Source: Candidatus Multivoradales bacterium
GTDB taxonomy: Bacteria; Acidobacteriota; Thermoanaerobaculia; Multivoradales; JAHEKO01
Assembly: GCA_965248055.1 (NCBI GenBank)
Contig: CBDFIJ010000004.1
Location: forward strand, 512,001-576,000
Reading direction: 5' to 3'
DNA: 64,000 nucleotides
The notes below the pieces were generated by a model, which saw only the letters and a list, made by a program, of their open reading frames with translations, had not been told where the DNA came from and ran no database searches. The position numbers were made by a program, and so were the translations under genes. This document shows, one piece after another, positions 45,855 through 55,565 of this stretch (within the stretch, counting starts at the first letter, position 1; each line of letters begins with the position of its first letter).

Positions 45855-47273
45855 ATGACTGCTTCCAACGCTACCCTCGCATTCCACGGCGCCGCCCGAA
45901 CGGTGACCGGATCCAAGTACTTACTGACCCTCGACAAGGATCGGACTTTGATCGACGCCGGGTTGTTTCAAGGCATTCGAGAGCTGCGCCGGTTGAACTG
46001 GCGCGAGCCTGGATTCGACCCCAAAGAGCTCGACCGGGTGGTTCTCACCCACACCCATATTGACCACATTGGTTTTCTACCTCGCTTAGTGCGGCTGGGC
46101 TTCAATGGACCAGTGTACTCAACCCCGGCGACGGTGGAGTTGGCGCAGTTACTGCTGCTAGACGCTGCACACCTCCAGGAAGAGGACGCCGACTACGCCA
46201 ATCGAAAAGGCTTCAGCAAACATGTCCCGGCGGAACCTCTGTTCACCACCGCCGACGCCAAAGAAACGCTGAAGATGATGCAACCGTTGGACTTTGATCA
46301 ATGGCATCAACTGACTCCAGCACTGCGCATTCTCTATGGAAGTGCTGGTCACATCTTGGGTTCAGCACACATGGCGGCTCGCTTGGATCTGGGTGGCCGG
46401 CATTTGCGGGTTACCTTTAGTGGCGACGTCGGGCGTTACGACGTACCGCTGCACCGAGACCCGATTCCCCCGGAACCGTGTGATGTGCTGATCTGCGAAT
46501 CAACCTACGGCAACCGTGAGCACGACACCACGCCGATCAGTACCCAACTCGCGGAATCCCTCAATCATTGTTTCCGCAAACGAGGAACCGCGCTGATCCC
46601 CGCCTTCGCGGTTGGTCGCAGTCAGGCGATGACCTTGGTCTTGCGCGAGATGATGGAAAATGGCGATATCCCGGAAGTACCGATTCACATCGACAGCCCG
46701 ATGGCGGTCGACGCTACCCGCATCTACAGTCGTTTTCTAAACTCGAACAACGTCGATGAAGACCTGGTAGCCGAAGGCAGAAGCAAGTTGATGCCGCCCA
46801 ACCTCACCCTGCATCGTTCGACGAAGGAATCCAAGCAACTCAACACCACCAAAGGTCCGCGCATCATCATTTCCGCCAGCGGCATGCTTGCCGGGGGTCG
46901 GGTTCTGCATCATCTGGCTCGCCTTGCCTCCGATCGACAGAACCTGGTGATTCTGGCGGGATATCAAGCGGCTGGGACCCGTGGACGCAGGCTGCTGGAC
47001 GGTGAACCCTCAATTCGGGTCCACGGTCGCGACGTGCCGATCCGTTGCCAGGTGATCTCACTGCACGGATTGTCCGGCCACGCTGATCGTTCCGAGTTGT
47101 TGCGCTGGCTGCGCTCGGGAAACCTTGAGCCCTCCAGAACCTTTCTCACCCACGGGGAAGCCGAATCAGCGATGTCTTTGGCCCATACCCTGCGCCGAGA
47201 GCTGCATTGGAAAGTCAGTGTCCCCAGCCTGGATGATGAAGTCGACCTCACCCGCTTTCTTAGGGCCTGCTAA
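45855..47273 (+). CDS. MBL-fold beta-CASP RNase (Ysh1-like)
   Basis: GAARTVTGS, THTHIDH, AGHILGS, SGD, ESTYG, PAFAVGR, SASGM, LSGHAD and THGE. Confidence 0.93.
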   Translation: MTASNATLAFHGAARTVTGSKYLLTLDKDRTLIDAGLFQGIRELRRLNWREPGFDPKELDRVVLTHTHIDHIGFLPRLVRLGFNGPVYSTPATVELAQLLLLDAAHLQEEDADYANRKGFSKHVPAEPLFTTADAKETLKMMQPLDFDQWHQLTPALRILYGSAGHILGSAHMAARLDLGGRHLRVTFSGDVGRYDVPLHRDPIPPEPCDVLICESTYGNREHDTTPISTQLAESLNHCFRKRGTALIPAFAVGRSQAMTLVLREMMENGDIPEVPIHIDSPMAVDATRIYSRFLNSNNVDEDLVAEGRSKLMPPNLTLHRSTKESKQLNTTKGPRIIISASGMLAGGRVLHHLARLASDRQNLVILAGYQAAGTRGRRLLDGEPSIRVHGRDVPIRCQVISLHGLSGHADRSELLRWLRSGNLEPSRTFLTHGEAESAMSLAHTLRRELHWKVSVPSLDDEVDLTRFLRAC

Positions 47274-47528
47274 CGCTTGTCAGATAGCTGCGACGGTAGT
47301 CCATTTTGTTCAGTGCAAGAAACGACAAGCGCAATGTACTCTATGTACTTCAGTGAGGAGAGACGCAGCAGTGGGCAAAATGGGCCCCGTCCCTACGGGT
47401 TGCAGGCCCAAACGTCGCCATGCTGCGTAGCTCGTCGCTTATTTGGAATGGCCAAACATCACTCCTCACGCCTTGCCTGGCACCGTTTGGACCGGCAACG
47501 CAACAATCTGACAAGCGTTAACAGGCCC
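47263..47528. mobile_element. 266-bp MITE with 23-bp TIRs and TA duplication
   Basis: GGGCCTGCTAACGCTTGTCAGAT (47263-47285) and ATCTGACAAGCGTTAACAGGCCC (47506-47528), one mismatch; TA at 47261 and 47529. Confidence 0.85.
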
Positions 47529-47536
47529 TAGTTGAA

Positions 47537-49435
47537 ATGACCCCACCCTCATTTGCTGAAGACCCGGCGTTCGTGGTCGCCCTAGCGCTGGTAGTAGGAA
47601 TGACCGCTCAGGTGGTGGCGCGCCACTTACGGCTTCCCGGCATCGTGCTGTTGCTTGCAGCCGGGGCGCTGTTGGGCCCGGATGGGCTGGGTTGGATTCA
47701 ACCGCAAACCTTGGGCGGCACGCTACAGACCCTGGTCGGTTTCGCGGTTGCGGTAATCCTCTTTGAAGGTGGATTGAGTCTTAACATCCGCCGCTTGAGA
47801 CGCCAAGCTAAGCCAATCCGCGGATTGGTCACTATCGGCTCGTTCGTCACGGCAGTTGGGGGGACGCTGGCCGCGCACTACATCATGGGCTGGGCGTGGT
47901 CGGTTGCGGCGCTTTTCGGCACTCTGGTGATCGTCACCGGACCGACTGTGATCAACCCACTTCTCCGCCGGCTGCGGGTCGAGTCCAAGGTCTCCACGGT
48001 GCTCGAAGCGGAGGGGATCTTTGGCGACGCCATTGGAGCGCTGGTGGCCATCGTGGCTTTGGAAGTGGTCCTCACACCTGCTCACATCGACGTCGCCCAT
48101 GGTGCTTGGGAACTCCTGCAACGAATCGGCTTCGGGGGTTTAGCCGGCGTGCTGGCAGGGCTAGTGATGGCAACGCTGCTGCGTTACGAGCGACTGATCC
48201 CCCACGGGCTCGACAACATGGTCACCCTGTCTCTCACGCTGCTGCTCTACCAGGGAGCCAACGCCCTTTTACCAGAAAGTGGCATCGTGGCAGTGATCGC
48301 CGCTGGCATGACCATCGGCAACACCCGAGCACCACTGGTGGAGGAGCTCAAAGAATTCAAAGAACAACTGACGGCAATGCTGATCGGACTGCTATTTGTG
48401 CTGCTTGCAGCCGATGTCCGCTTAGACGACGTCAAGGCTTTGGGCTGGCGTGGGCTGGCGACCGTCGGAATTTTGATGTTGATTGTGCGGCCCCTCAATG
48501 TCTGGGTGGGCACCTACGACAGCGACCTCAACCTTCGGCAGAAAGCGTTCCTGTCCTGGATGGCCCCACGCGGGATCGTCGCCGCGGCAGTGGCATCCTT
48601 GTTTGCGCAACGGTTAGAGGCCGCCGAGATGACGGGGGGCACCGAGTTACGAGCGTTGGTTTTTCTGGTCATCGCGTTAACCGTGACCGTGCAGGGACTG
48701 ATGGGAGCACCACTGGCCACGCTTCTCGGCCTCAAGCGCAAGTCGAAACGCGGCTATGCAATTCTGGGCGCTGGACCGCTCGCGCGCACCTTGGCAGAAG
48801 CGCTTGGAAGCGATGACCAGAAAGGTGTGTTGATCGACTCCAATCCACAAGCATGTCGTACCGCCGAACTATCCGGACTCAAAATTTTGTTCGGCAGCGG
48901 CTTGGCGGATTCGATTCTTCAACGCGCGGCGCTAGAAGAACGGCGTGGTGCGATCGGCCTGACGCCCAACGATGGCATCAACTTCACCTTCACCCGCCGC
49001 GCCAAACGGGAATTTCGCAGCCCCAAAGTTTGGCTGACCCTGGGCAGTAACCACTCCGAGGTCAGACCCTCAATGTTGGGCGAGATCGAAGCGGAGTTGT
49101 TGTTTGGCGGGGTAACCAACATCGGCGTTTGGAACCACCGCGTGGAACAGAACCGGGCGGTATTAGAAATCTGGGAAGCCAACGACCGGGGCAGCGGCGA
49201 CCAGGAGGCTCCGACTTTTTCCACCGACCAAGCCCTGCCTTTTGTCTGGCGCAACACTACCCAAGCGGAGCCCTTTGCCCACTTTAAACCACCCTTTCGC
49301 CACGCTTCGCTCTTGGTTTTGGTTGCCAGCCAGCATACCGAGGCGGTCGAAGCCGCGATGAGTCTTGCAGGCTGGTATTTGACCAGCACCGATGCCATCA
49401 ATGGGGAACGAACCAGGAACGAGGAATCAGCATGA
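47537..49435 (+). CDS. NhaP-type (CPA1) cation/proton antiporter with C-terminal TrkA-N-like domain
   Basis: ILFEGGL, VTGPTVI, LEAEGIFGD and APRGIVAAAV; ILGAG Rossmann-like domain. Confidence 0.9.
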   Translation: MTPPSFAEDPAFVVALALVVGMTAQVVARHLRLPGIVLLLAAGALLGPDGLGWIQPQTLGGTLQTLVGFAVAVILFEGGLSLNIRRLRRQAKPIRGLVTIGSFVTAVGGTLAAHYIMGWAWSVAALFGTLVIVTGPTVINPLLRRLRVESKVSTVLEAEGIFGDAIGALVAIVALEVVLTPAHIDVAHGAWELLQRIGFGGLAGVLAGLVMATLLRYERLIPHGLDNMVTLSLTLLLYQGANALLPESGIVAVIAAGMTIGNTRAPLVEELKEFKEQLTAMLIGLLFVLLAADVRLDDVKALGWRGLATVGILMLIVRPLNVWVGTYDSDLNLRQKAFLSWMAPRGIVAAAVASLFAQRLEAAEMTGGTELRALVFLVIALTVTVQGLMGAPLATLLGLKRKSKRGYAILGAGPLARTLAEALGSDDQKGVLIDSNPQACRTAELSGLKILFGSGLADSILQRAALEERRGAIGLTPNDGINFTFTRRAKREFRSPKVWLTLGSNHSEVRPSMLGEIEAELLFGGVTNIGVWNHRVEQNRAVLEIWEANDRGSGDQEAPTFSTDQALPFVWRNTTQAEPFAHFKPPFRHASLLVLVASQHTEAVEAAMSLAGWYLTSTDAINGERTRNEESA

Positions 49436-50391
49436 ACCAGGAACGATTTGGGCGCACTGAAGCGCAAGTATCAACCGTCGCCGTCGGCACTTGGTCCTAC
49501 GGAGGCGCGCGCTCGGTAGCAGGACACGGCGTCGGCTGGTCGGGTCACGAGGACAGCACGGCGTTGGCGGCTCTGCGCGCCGCCTACGAGGGCGGCATCA
49601 ACCATTGGGACACCGCCGACGCCTATGGAGACGGTGACTCGGAACGACTTTTGGGATCCTTGTGGAAAGAAATTCCGCGCGACGACATCTTCCTCGCCAC
49701 CAAGGTTGGCTGGGTACCGGGAAAATATCGGGGCTACTACCGTCCCGAGCAGATTCAACGCCAATTCGAAGCCTCGCTGCGCAACCTCAAGACCGAGACC
49801 ATCGACCTTTACTACCTGCACCACTGTGACTTCGGACCACAGAACGCGAGCCTCGACGACGCGATTGACCTGCTGCGAGGCTTTCGCGATCAGGGAAAGA
49901 TCCGCTTCATCGGGCTCTCGGACTGGGATTCCAACAAGATTCTCCGCCTAGCACCCAAAGTCGATCCCGACGTGGTTCAGCCCTATCGCAATCTGCTAGA
50001 CAACAGTTACGTCACTTCCGGGCTCGCGGCCTACGTTGCCGAACACGATCTAGGGGTGGCGTTTTTCTCTCCCTTGAAACATGGCCTGCTGCTGGGAAAA
50101 TATACCCAACCTCAAGAATTCCCCCAAGGAGATATGCGTGCCGGAATCGATGAGTTTCAGGACGCTACGCGTCTGGCACACTACGCACATTTAGCCAAAG
50201 AAATGGTCGAACGTTTTAGCGATCACCCGCAGCCAGTGCTGCACGCCGTCGTTGATTCGCTGCTGGCCGACTCCCCCACGGGCTCGGTGCTGGTCGGGCA
50301 GCGGTCCAAGGCGCAAGCGGAAGCCGCTTGCAGCCTGGGAGATCCGTTGTCGATCGCCGAGGCGTTGGCGATAGCGCGCCTCTATCAGTAG
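49432..50391 (+). CDS. Aldo/keto reductase
   Basis: DTADAYG, LATK, SLRNLKTETIDLYYLH and GKIRFIGLS. Confidence 0.92.
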   Translation: MNQERFGRTEAQVSTVAVGTWSYGGARSVAGHGVGWSGHEDSTALAALRAAYEGGINHWDTADAYGDGDSERLLGSLWKEIPRDDIFLATKVGWVPGKYRGYYRPEQIQRQFEASLRNLKTETIDLYYLHHCDFGPQNASLDDAIDLLRGFRDQGKIRFIGLSDWDSNKILRLAPKVDPDVVQPYRNLLDNSYVTSGLAAYVAEHDLGVAFFSPLKHGLLLGKYTQPQEFPQGDMRAGIDEFQDATRLAHYAHLAKEMVERFSDHPQPVLHAVVDSLLADSPTGSVLVGQRSKAQAEAACSLGDPLSIAEALAIARLYQ

Positions 50392-50547
50392 CAACCTGTT
50401 CGGCCGCTCGCCGCCGGAAGCAGACATGCACAGAAAATCAAAACTTGTGGCACCGTCCAGACGTAGTTCACAACAGAAAACCCCTTTCCCGTGCTAGCAT
50501 TTGCGGGTTTGGATTCCGGTTCAACCGGCAAGACTAAGGAGGATCAT

Positions 50548-52677
50548 TTGACGAATCGTAATCGTTTTCTCGCACTTACTTTGGCTAGCTTGCTAGCCCT
50601 TCCGCTGGTGGCACAAGACCAAGCCGCCGACGACGACCGACCTCTAGAAGAGATCAAAGACGTCATCGTCGTCACCGCTTCCAGAACCGAGCAACATCTG
50701 CACGATGTGCCGGCATCGATCAGCGTTCTCACCTCAGAAGACATCGAGCAGATCCCTGCTGATGACTATGGCGACCTGCTGCGCAATATTCCTGGTGTTA
50801 ACGTAACCCAGCTCAGTGCGCGGGACATCCAGCTTACGACTCGTTCTTCAACCAATAGCTTGGCGGCAAGTCAGTTGGTTCTGGTGGACGGCCGAACTCT
50901 GTACTTGGACTTTTTCGGCTTCGTGATGTGGGACTTCCTGCCGTCGAATCCGCGGGAAATCAAACAAATCGAAGTGGTTCGTGGTCCGGGTGCCGCCGTC
51001 TGGGGTGCCAACGCAATGTCCGGCGTGATCAATGTCATCACCAAGAGCCCGCGAGAAATGGTCGGCACCGACATCATGCTCGGCGCTGGCGAGCTGGGAA
51101 CGGTGATGGCCAACATCAATCGTTCCGGCGCCAAAGAAAAGTCCGGCTACAAGATTGGCTTCGGCTACTACGAGCAGGATCCTTACGACCGTCCCACCGG
51201 TTTCGTACCCGGTACCGCGTCGGCAGCTGGCCCTGGGACTCCCTATCCAACTTTTGTCAACGGCGGAACCGACCAGCCCAAATTCAATGCCCGTTATGAC
51301 TACGACAAGAACTACGACTCCACTTGGAGCTTCTCGGGAGGCTTCGCCGCCACCGATGGAATCGTTCATTCTGGGATCGGCCCGTTCGATATTACTTCGG
51401 CCGACATGACCTATTTCAAGGCGGACTGGACCAAGCTGGCCAAGAGTGTCACCGCCTACGTCAACATCCTGGATGGCGACGCCGACAACCAGCTCACCCG
51501 CGGTGTGGACGGCCAACCGTTGGCTTTCTTGTTCGAGACCACGGCAGCCAATATCGACATCGCCAACACCTCGGTGGTCGCTGGCAACAACATCCTGACC
51601 TACGGTGGCAACGTACGTCAGGTCGACTTTGACCTGTCAATCGCTCCTGGCGAGGACAGCCGCAGCGAGTTCGGCGTCTATCTGCAGGACGAAATCCTGA
51701 TGGGCGACAAATGGCGCTGGCTGATTGGTGCCCGGTTTGACGACATCGATCCGATTGGCAACGTGATTTCACCGCGCACCAGTCTGATGTATTCGCCCAG
51801 CCCCAACCACACTTATCGCGCGTCTTTTAACCGGGCCTTTAAGTCGCCTTCGCTGGTCAACAACTACTTGGACATTGTGATCATCAATGCGGTCAACTTC
51901 GGCCCTCTCGGCCTCTACATCTTTCCTAGCGTAGCGGGCGGCAACGTGGACCTGGTTGAGGAACAACTGGACGCTATCGAGCTCGGCTATTTGGGTACCT
52001 TCGGCAACAAGACGGTGACGTTCGCGGTCTACGAGAATGACACCGAAGACAGCCATGACTTCTTCGCAGCCAGCGCTTACACCGCCGCCAATCCGCCGCC
52101 AGGCTTTCCGCTCCCGGCGATTCTCTTGGACCTGCCACCGGGCCTCTACAACATCCCCGGTGTGCCATTTCCCTTGCCTGGTCTTCAAGGTCAACTCCCA
52201 GCTAGCTTCAGCTACCGCAACATTGGTTCAACCAAGGATCGTGGTGCTGAATTCTCCCTGGACGTCAACCGTGGCAACAATTGGTCTTGGGGCTTCAACT
52301 ACTCCTACCAAGACGAGCCCGAAGTCGAGGGTGTCTTCCCGGTTATTCTGCCCAGTGGCGAGCGAGTGTTGCCGGTCAACATTCCGCCGCAGCACCGCGC
52401 CAACATCAACTTGGCGTTTCAGGGCGACACCTTCTTCTTCAACACCAACGCAAATTACCAGGATGAGGCATTCTGGACGGACATCTTGGACTCTCGGTTC
52501 TACGGTCCAACCGACTCCTTCACCATGCTCAACGCTGGATTCGGCTGGCGCCTGAACGAGGGCAAGACCACGCTCTCCCTCAACGGTCAAAATCTGACTG
52601 ATGAGGATGCGCAGCAGCACGTCTTCGGCGACATCATCAGCCGTAAGGTGGTCGCTCAGGTCGCATTCGCGTTCTAG
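50548..52677 (+). CDS. TonB-dependent receptor
   Basis: TTG start after AAGGAGG; IVVTASR TonB box, LVLVDGR, IEVVRGPG..WGANA.SGVINVIT plug; terminal Phe. Confidence 0.93.
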   Translation: MTNRNRFLALTLASLLALPLVAQDQAADDDRPLEEIKDVIVVTASRTEQHLHDVPASISVLTSEDIEQIPADDYGDLLRNIPGVNVTQLSARDIQLTTRSSTNSLAASQLVLVDGRTLYLDFFGFVMWDFLPSNPREIKQIEVVRGPGAAVWGANAMSGVINVITKSPREMVGTDIMLGAGELGTVMANINRSGAKEKSGYKIGFGYYEQDPYDRPTGFVPGTASAAGPGTPYPTFVNGGTDQPKFNARYDYDKNYDSTWSFSGGFAATDGIVHSGIGPFDITSADMTYFKADWTKLAKSVTAYVNILDGDADNQLTRGVDGQPLAFLFETTAANIDIANTSVVAGNNILTYGGNVRQVDFDLSIAPGEDSRSEFGVYLQDEILMGDKWRWLIGARFDDIDPIGNVISPRTSLMYSPSPNHTYRASFNRAFKSPSLVNNYLDIVIINAVNFGPLGLYIFPSVAGGNVDLVEEQLDAIELGYLGTFGNKTVTFAVYENDTEDSHDFFAASAYTAANPPPGFPLPAILLDLPPGLYNIPGVPFPLPGLQGQLPASFSYRNIGSTKDRGAEFSLDVNRGNNWSWGFNYSYQDEPEVEGVFPVILPSGERVLPVNIPPQHRANINLAFQGDTFFFNTNANYQDEAFWTDILDSRFYGPTDSFTMLNAGFGWRLNEGKTTLSLNGQNLTDEDAQQHVFGDIISRKVVAQVAFAF

Positions 52678-52679
52678 TC

Positions 52680-52709
52680 GCAGTATCCAAACAAGCAGTA
52701 TCCAAACAA
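52680..52709. repeat. 15-bp direct duplication after the TBDR stop
   Basis: GCAGTATCCAAACAA x2. Confidence 0.85.
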
Positions 52710-52714
52710 ATACT

Positions 52715-52742
52715 AAAGGCCGGGGTTTGACCCCGGCCTTTT
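52715..52742 (+). terminator. Intrinsic terminator
   Basis: AAAGGCCGGGG-TTTGA-CCCCGGCCTTTT. Confidence 0.85.
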
Positions 52743-52943
52743 CTTGTCTAGCCGAGTTGAAATTTCAATCAACCAGCACACCAACCCAGCAGCAAAGTTG
52801 GCAAAACGCAATGCGCTTCTTCGTTGGGATTTCGGATTAGGCAGCGACCCCAATTTGGGGCCATGAACGGGTGCTTGTTTTTGGGGGCGGGCGATCCTGA
52901 AGGGGCGCTGACCTATCAAGTGAGCGGCCAGCTTGAGAAGGGG

Positions 52944-53282
52944 TCAGTCTTTGCCGCGGCGGGGAGTGTAGATCGGGGTCGGGAAGACATGGACATTGCC
53001 CTCCGAAGCCTCTGCCGAAAGAATGCGGGCGGACCCCTCCTTCTCCACCTCGTCGATACGCAAGATCGCGTGCATCGGAATGTAGCTGCGCTTCACTCCC
53101 GAGAACTCTCGCTCGATCCGCTCCTTGGACGGATCGACCACCACTTTGTCTTCACTACCAAAGGTCAATTCTTCGATCTCAACAAACCCGAACAATGACC
53201 CTTGGGTCACCTCGCGAGCGTAGATCTCATAGACCTCGCCTTGGCTCATGAAGATGATCTTGTAAAGGTGTTCTTCTGCCAC
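52944..53282 (-). CDS. DUF1820-family protein
   Basis: YKIIF..QGEVYEIYA, LFGFVEIEE, VVDPS.E and RSYIPMHAILRIDEV. Confidence 0.8.
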   Translation of the reverse strand: MAEEHLYKIIFMSQGEVYEIYAREVTQGSLFGFVEIEELTFGSEDKVVVDPSKERIEREFSGVKRSYIPMHAILRIDEVEKEGSARILSAEASEGNVHVFPTPIYTPRRGKD

Positions 53283-53361
53283 GTCGAGCCTCGTATTATT
53301 CGGTTAGGGCGATCTGCGTGCGCAGTTTAGCGCGACTACGGGAATATCGTCGGCGGAAACT

Positions 53362-54129
53362 CTACGATTGGGAAACACTCGCCAGAGCATCCAAACCGCT
53401 GGACGCTGCAGTGTCCAAAACCCAAATCAAGCGGCCCTGGGGCGGTCGGATCCAAGAGCTGGGTACTTCGGGATCCGACATCTTGGGATTCCAGCCTCCA
53501 AGCACCGCTCTGCGAACCGCCTCCGCCTTGCCGCCCCCCAGCACCACAAATAGCACCATTCTCGAACGATTCAAAGTCGAGGCCGTCAAGCTGATCCTGT
53601 GCCTGGGCTCACTCGGGGCCGTGGCCAGTTGGACGGTAGTCCGGGTAGACAATTCGATACCGGGAAATAGCGACGCGGTGTGTCCATCGTCTCCCAACCC
53701 CAACAGGGTGAGGTCAAACAATTGCTCCGGATCTTCTGCCAGTGTCTTCTCTACGCTGGCCGTGTAGCTAGTGATGACTTGTTCTGGAGACGATTGCAAA
53801 TCTGGCGCGATCAACCGATCCGACGGCAGAGCCAGTCTGTCCAGCAAACTTCGTCGGATCATAGATTGGTTACTGCGCGGATCGTCTGGGCCAACCAGGC
53901 GTTCATCTCCCAGCAACCATTGCACCGATTCCAGTCCAGTAAAGGATGGCAGGGCAGTGTAGATCGGTTCCGGCGTCGAGCCTCCGGAGAGAACCACGGT
54001 GGCACGCCCACGCAGCTCGACCGCCGCCGTTGCCATTGCGACCATCTGGCGAACCACGTAGTCAGCGACCGCGTCGCGATCGCTCAGGATATGAATCTCA
54101 GGATCGGGCGCGGCTAGAAAGTCCGCCAT
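53362..54129 (-). CDS. pgl: 6-phosphogluconolactonase
   Basis: LSGGSTP, GDER, LLGLGDDGHTASLFP and RISLT. Confidence 0.95.
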   Translation of the reverse strand: MADFLAAPDPEIHILSDRDAVADYVVRQMVAMATAAVELRGRATVVLSGGSTPEPIYTALPSFTGLESVQWLLGDERLVGPDDPRSNQSMIRRSLLDRLALPSDRLIAPDLQSSPEQVITSYTASVEKTLAEDPEQLFDLTLLGLGDDGHTASLFPGIELSTRTTVQLATAPSEPRHRISLTASTLNRSRMVLFVVLGGGKAEAVRRAVLGGWNPKMSDPEVPSSWIRPPQGRLIWVLDTAASSGLDALASVSQS

Positions 54130-55565
54130 AGTCCACCGTGGCGAGCCAGGATTCGATCCGCCTCTCGCGGTCCCCAGCCCCCGGATGAATATTTGTGGGA
54201 CTTAATATTGCGATCGAGAAGTGGTGTGTAGAGCCGCCACGACGCCTCCACTTCCTCAGCGTGGACAAACAAGGTTTGATCACCGGTCAAGATGTCGCCG
54301 AGCAGTGTGGTGTAGGCATCTGGCGGTTTACCGAAGGCCTCTTCATAACTGAACTCGAGAGGCACCTTTTCGATCTGCAACGGCTCGCCAGGCTTCTTGA
54401 CGTCGAAATACAAAGAGAAACCCTCGTCCGGTTGCAGTGTGATTTGCAAAACATCGTGGTCGACCTCACGCCAATGAAGGTTCTCGAACAAGCTCACTGG
54501 AGGGCGCTTGAAAGTAACTGCGATCTGGGTTGTCCGACGGGCCATTCGTTTGCCAGTGCGCAAGAAAAAGGGCACTCCTTGCCAACGCCAATTGTCGATG
54601 TGCAGTCCCAGGGCGACGAAGGTTTCCGTCCTCGACACCTCCGGCGTGCCCTCTTCCTCTGAGTAGCCCAGCACTTTTCGATCGCCGATGGCGCCCGGTC
54701 CGTACTGACCAAACACCACATCTTCGGGTCCGATTTCTCGAATCGCGCGCAATACCTTGACCTTTTCGTTGCGCACTGCCGCGGCCTCATATGCGGCGGG
54801 GATCTCCATGCCGATCAGTGCCACCAGTTGGGTCAGGTGGTTTTGCACCATGTCGCGCAACGCGCCGACCTTGTCGTAGTACCCGGCTCGCCCACCCACA
54901 CCTACGGTCTCGGCGACCGTGATCTGCACATTGTCAATGCGGTCTCGATTCCACAACGACTCAAACATCGCATTGGCAAATCGGAACACCAATAGATTCT
55001 GCACCGTCTCTTTGCCCAGGTAGTGGTCGATTCTGTAGATCGAGGACTCATCAAAGTTGTGGTGCAAACGACGGTTGAGGGCCACCGCCGATTCCAGATC
55101 TTCGCCGAACGGCTTCTCCACGACCAATCGGGTCCAACCGCCACTGCGGTGCAGTCCGTTTGCTGCCAGAGCGTCCGCGGCGGGGCCGAATACGCGCGGT
55201 GGTAACGCCATGTAGATGACGCGATTCGGCCCGTCCGCGCCGTCTTCCAGTTCCTGCACCCGGGACGCCAGCTTCGCATAGTCGCCGTCTTCAGCCACCG
55301 GAACATGGTGCAGGCAGTGGTTACACCAACTTGTGTCGACCGTAATCCCAGCCTGCTCCAGCGCGTCAGCAGCCCAGCGACGATAACCTTCGTCGCTCAG
55401 TTCTGAGTCGCGCGATACCGCCACAATCCGGGGTGCGTCGGCCAAGGATCCATCCTGGTGCAGGCGATACAAAGCTGGAAGCAACTTGCACCCGGTCAGG
55501 TCGCCGGTGCCGCCCAACAGCAGGAAGGTGTGCGGCGGAAACGCTTGGCTGGATCCGGAAGTCAT
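54114..55565 (-). CDS. zwf: Glucose-6-phosphate dehydrogenase
   Basis: GGTGDL, EKPFG, RIDHYLGKE, DMVQNH and RWQGVPF. Confidence 0.97.
   Translation of the reverse strand: MTSGSSQAFPPHTFLLLGGTGDLTGCKLLPALYRLHQDGSLADAPRIVAVSRDSELSDEGYRRWAADALEQAGITVDTSWCNHCLHHVPVAEDGDYAKLASRVQELEDGADGPNRVIYMALPPRVFGPAADALAANGLHRSGGWTRLVVEKPFGEDLESAVALNRRLHHNFDESSIYRIDHYLGKETVQNLLVFRFANAMFESLWNRDRIDNVQITVAETVGVGGRAGYYDKVGALRDMVQNHLTQLVALIGMEIPAAYEAAAVRNEKVKVLRAIREIGPEDVVFGQYGPGAIGDRKVLGYSEEEGTPEVSRTETFVALGLHIDNWRWQGVPFFLRTGKRMARRTTQIAVTFKRPPVSLFENLHWREVDHDVLQITLQPDEGFSLYFDVKKPGEPLQIEKVPLEFSYEEAFGKPPDAYTTLLGDILTGDQTLFVHAEEVEASWRLYTPLLDRNIKSHKYSSGGWGPREADRILARHGGLWRTF

Noticed and set aside
50392-50547. Cobalamin or other riboswitch upstream of the TonB-dependent receptor
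   Set aside because: The leader is short and I found no B12-box or other recognisable aptamer core.
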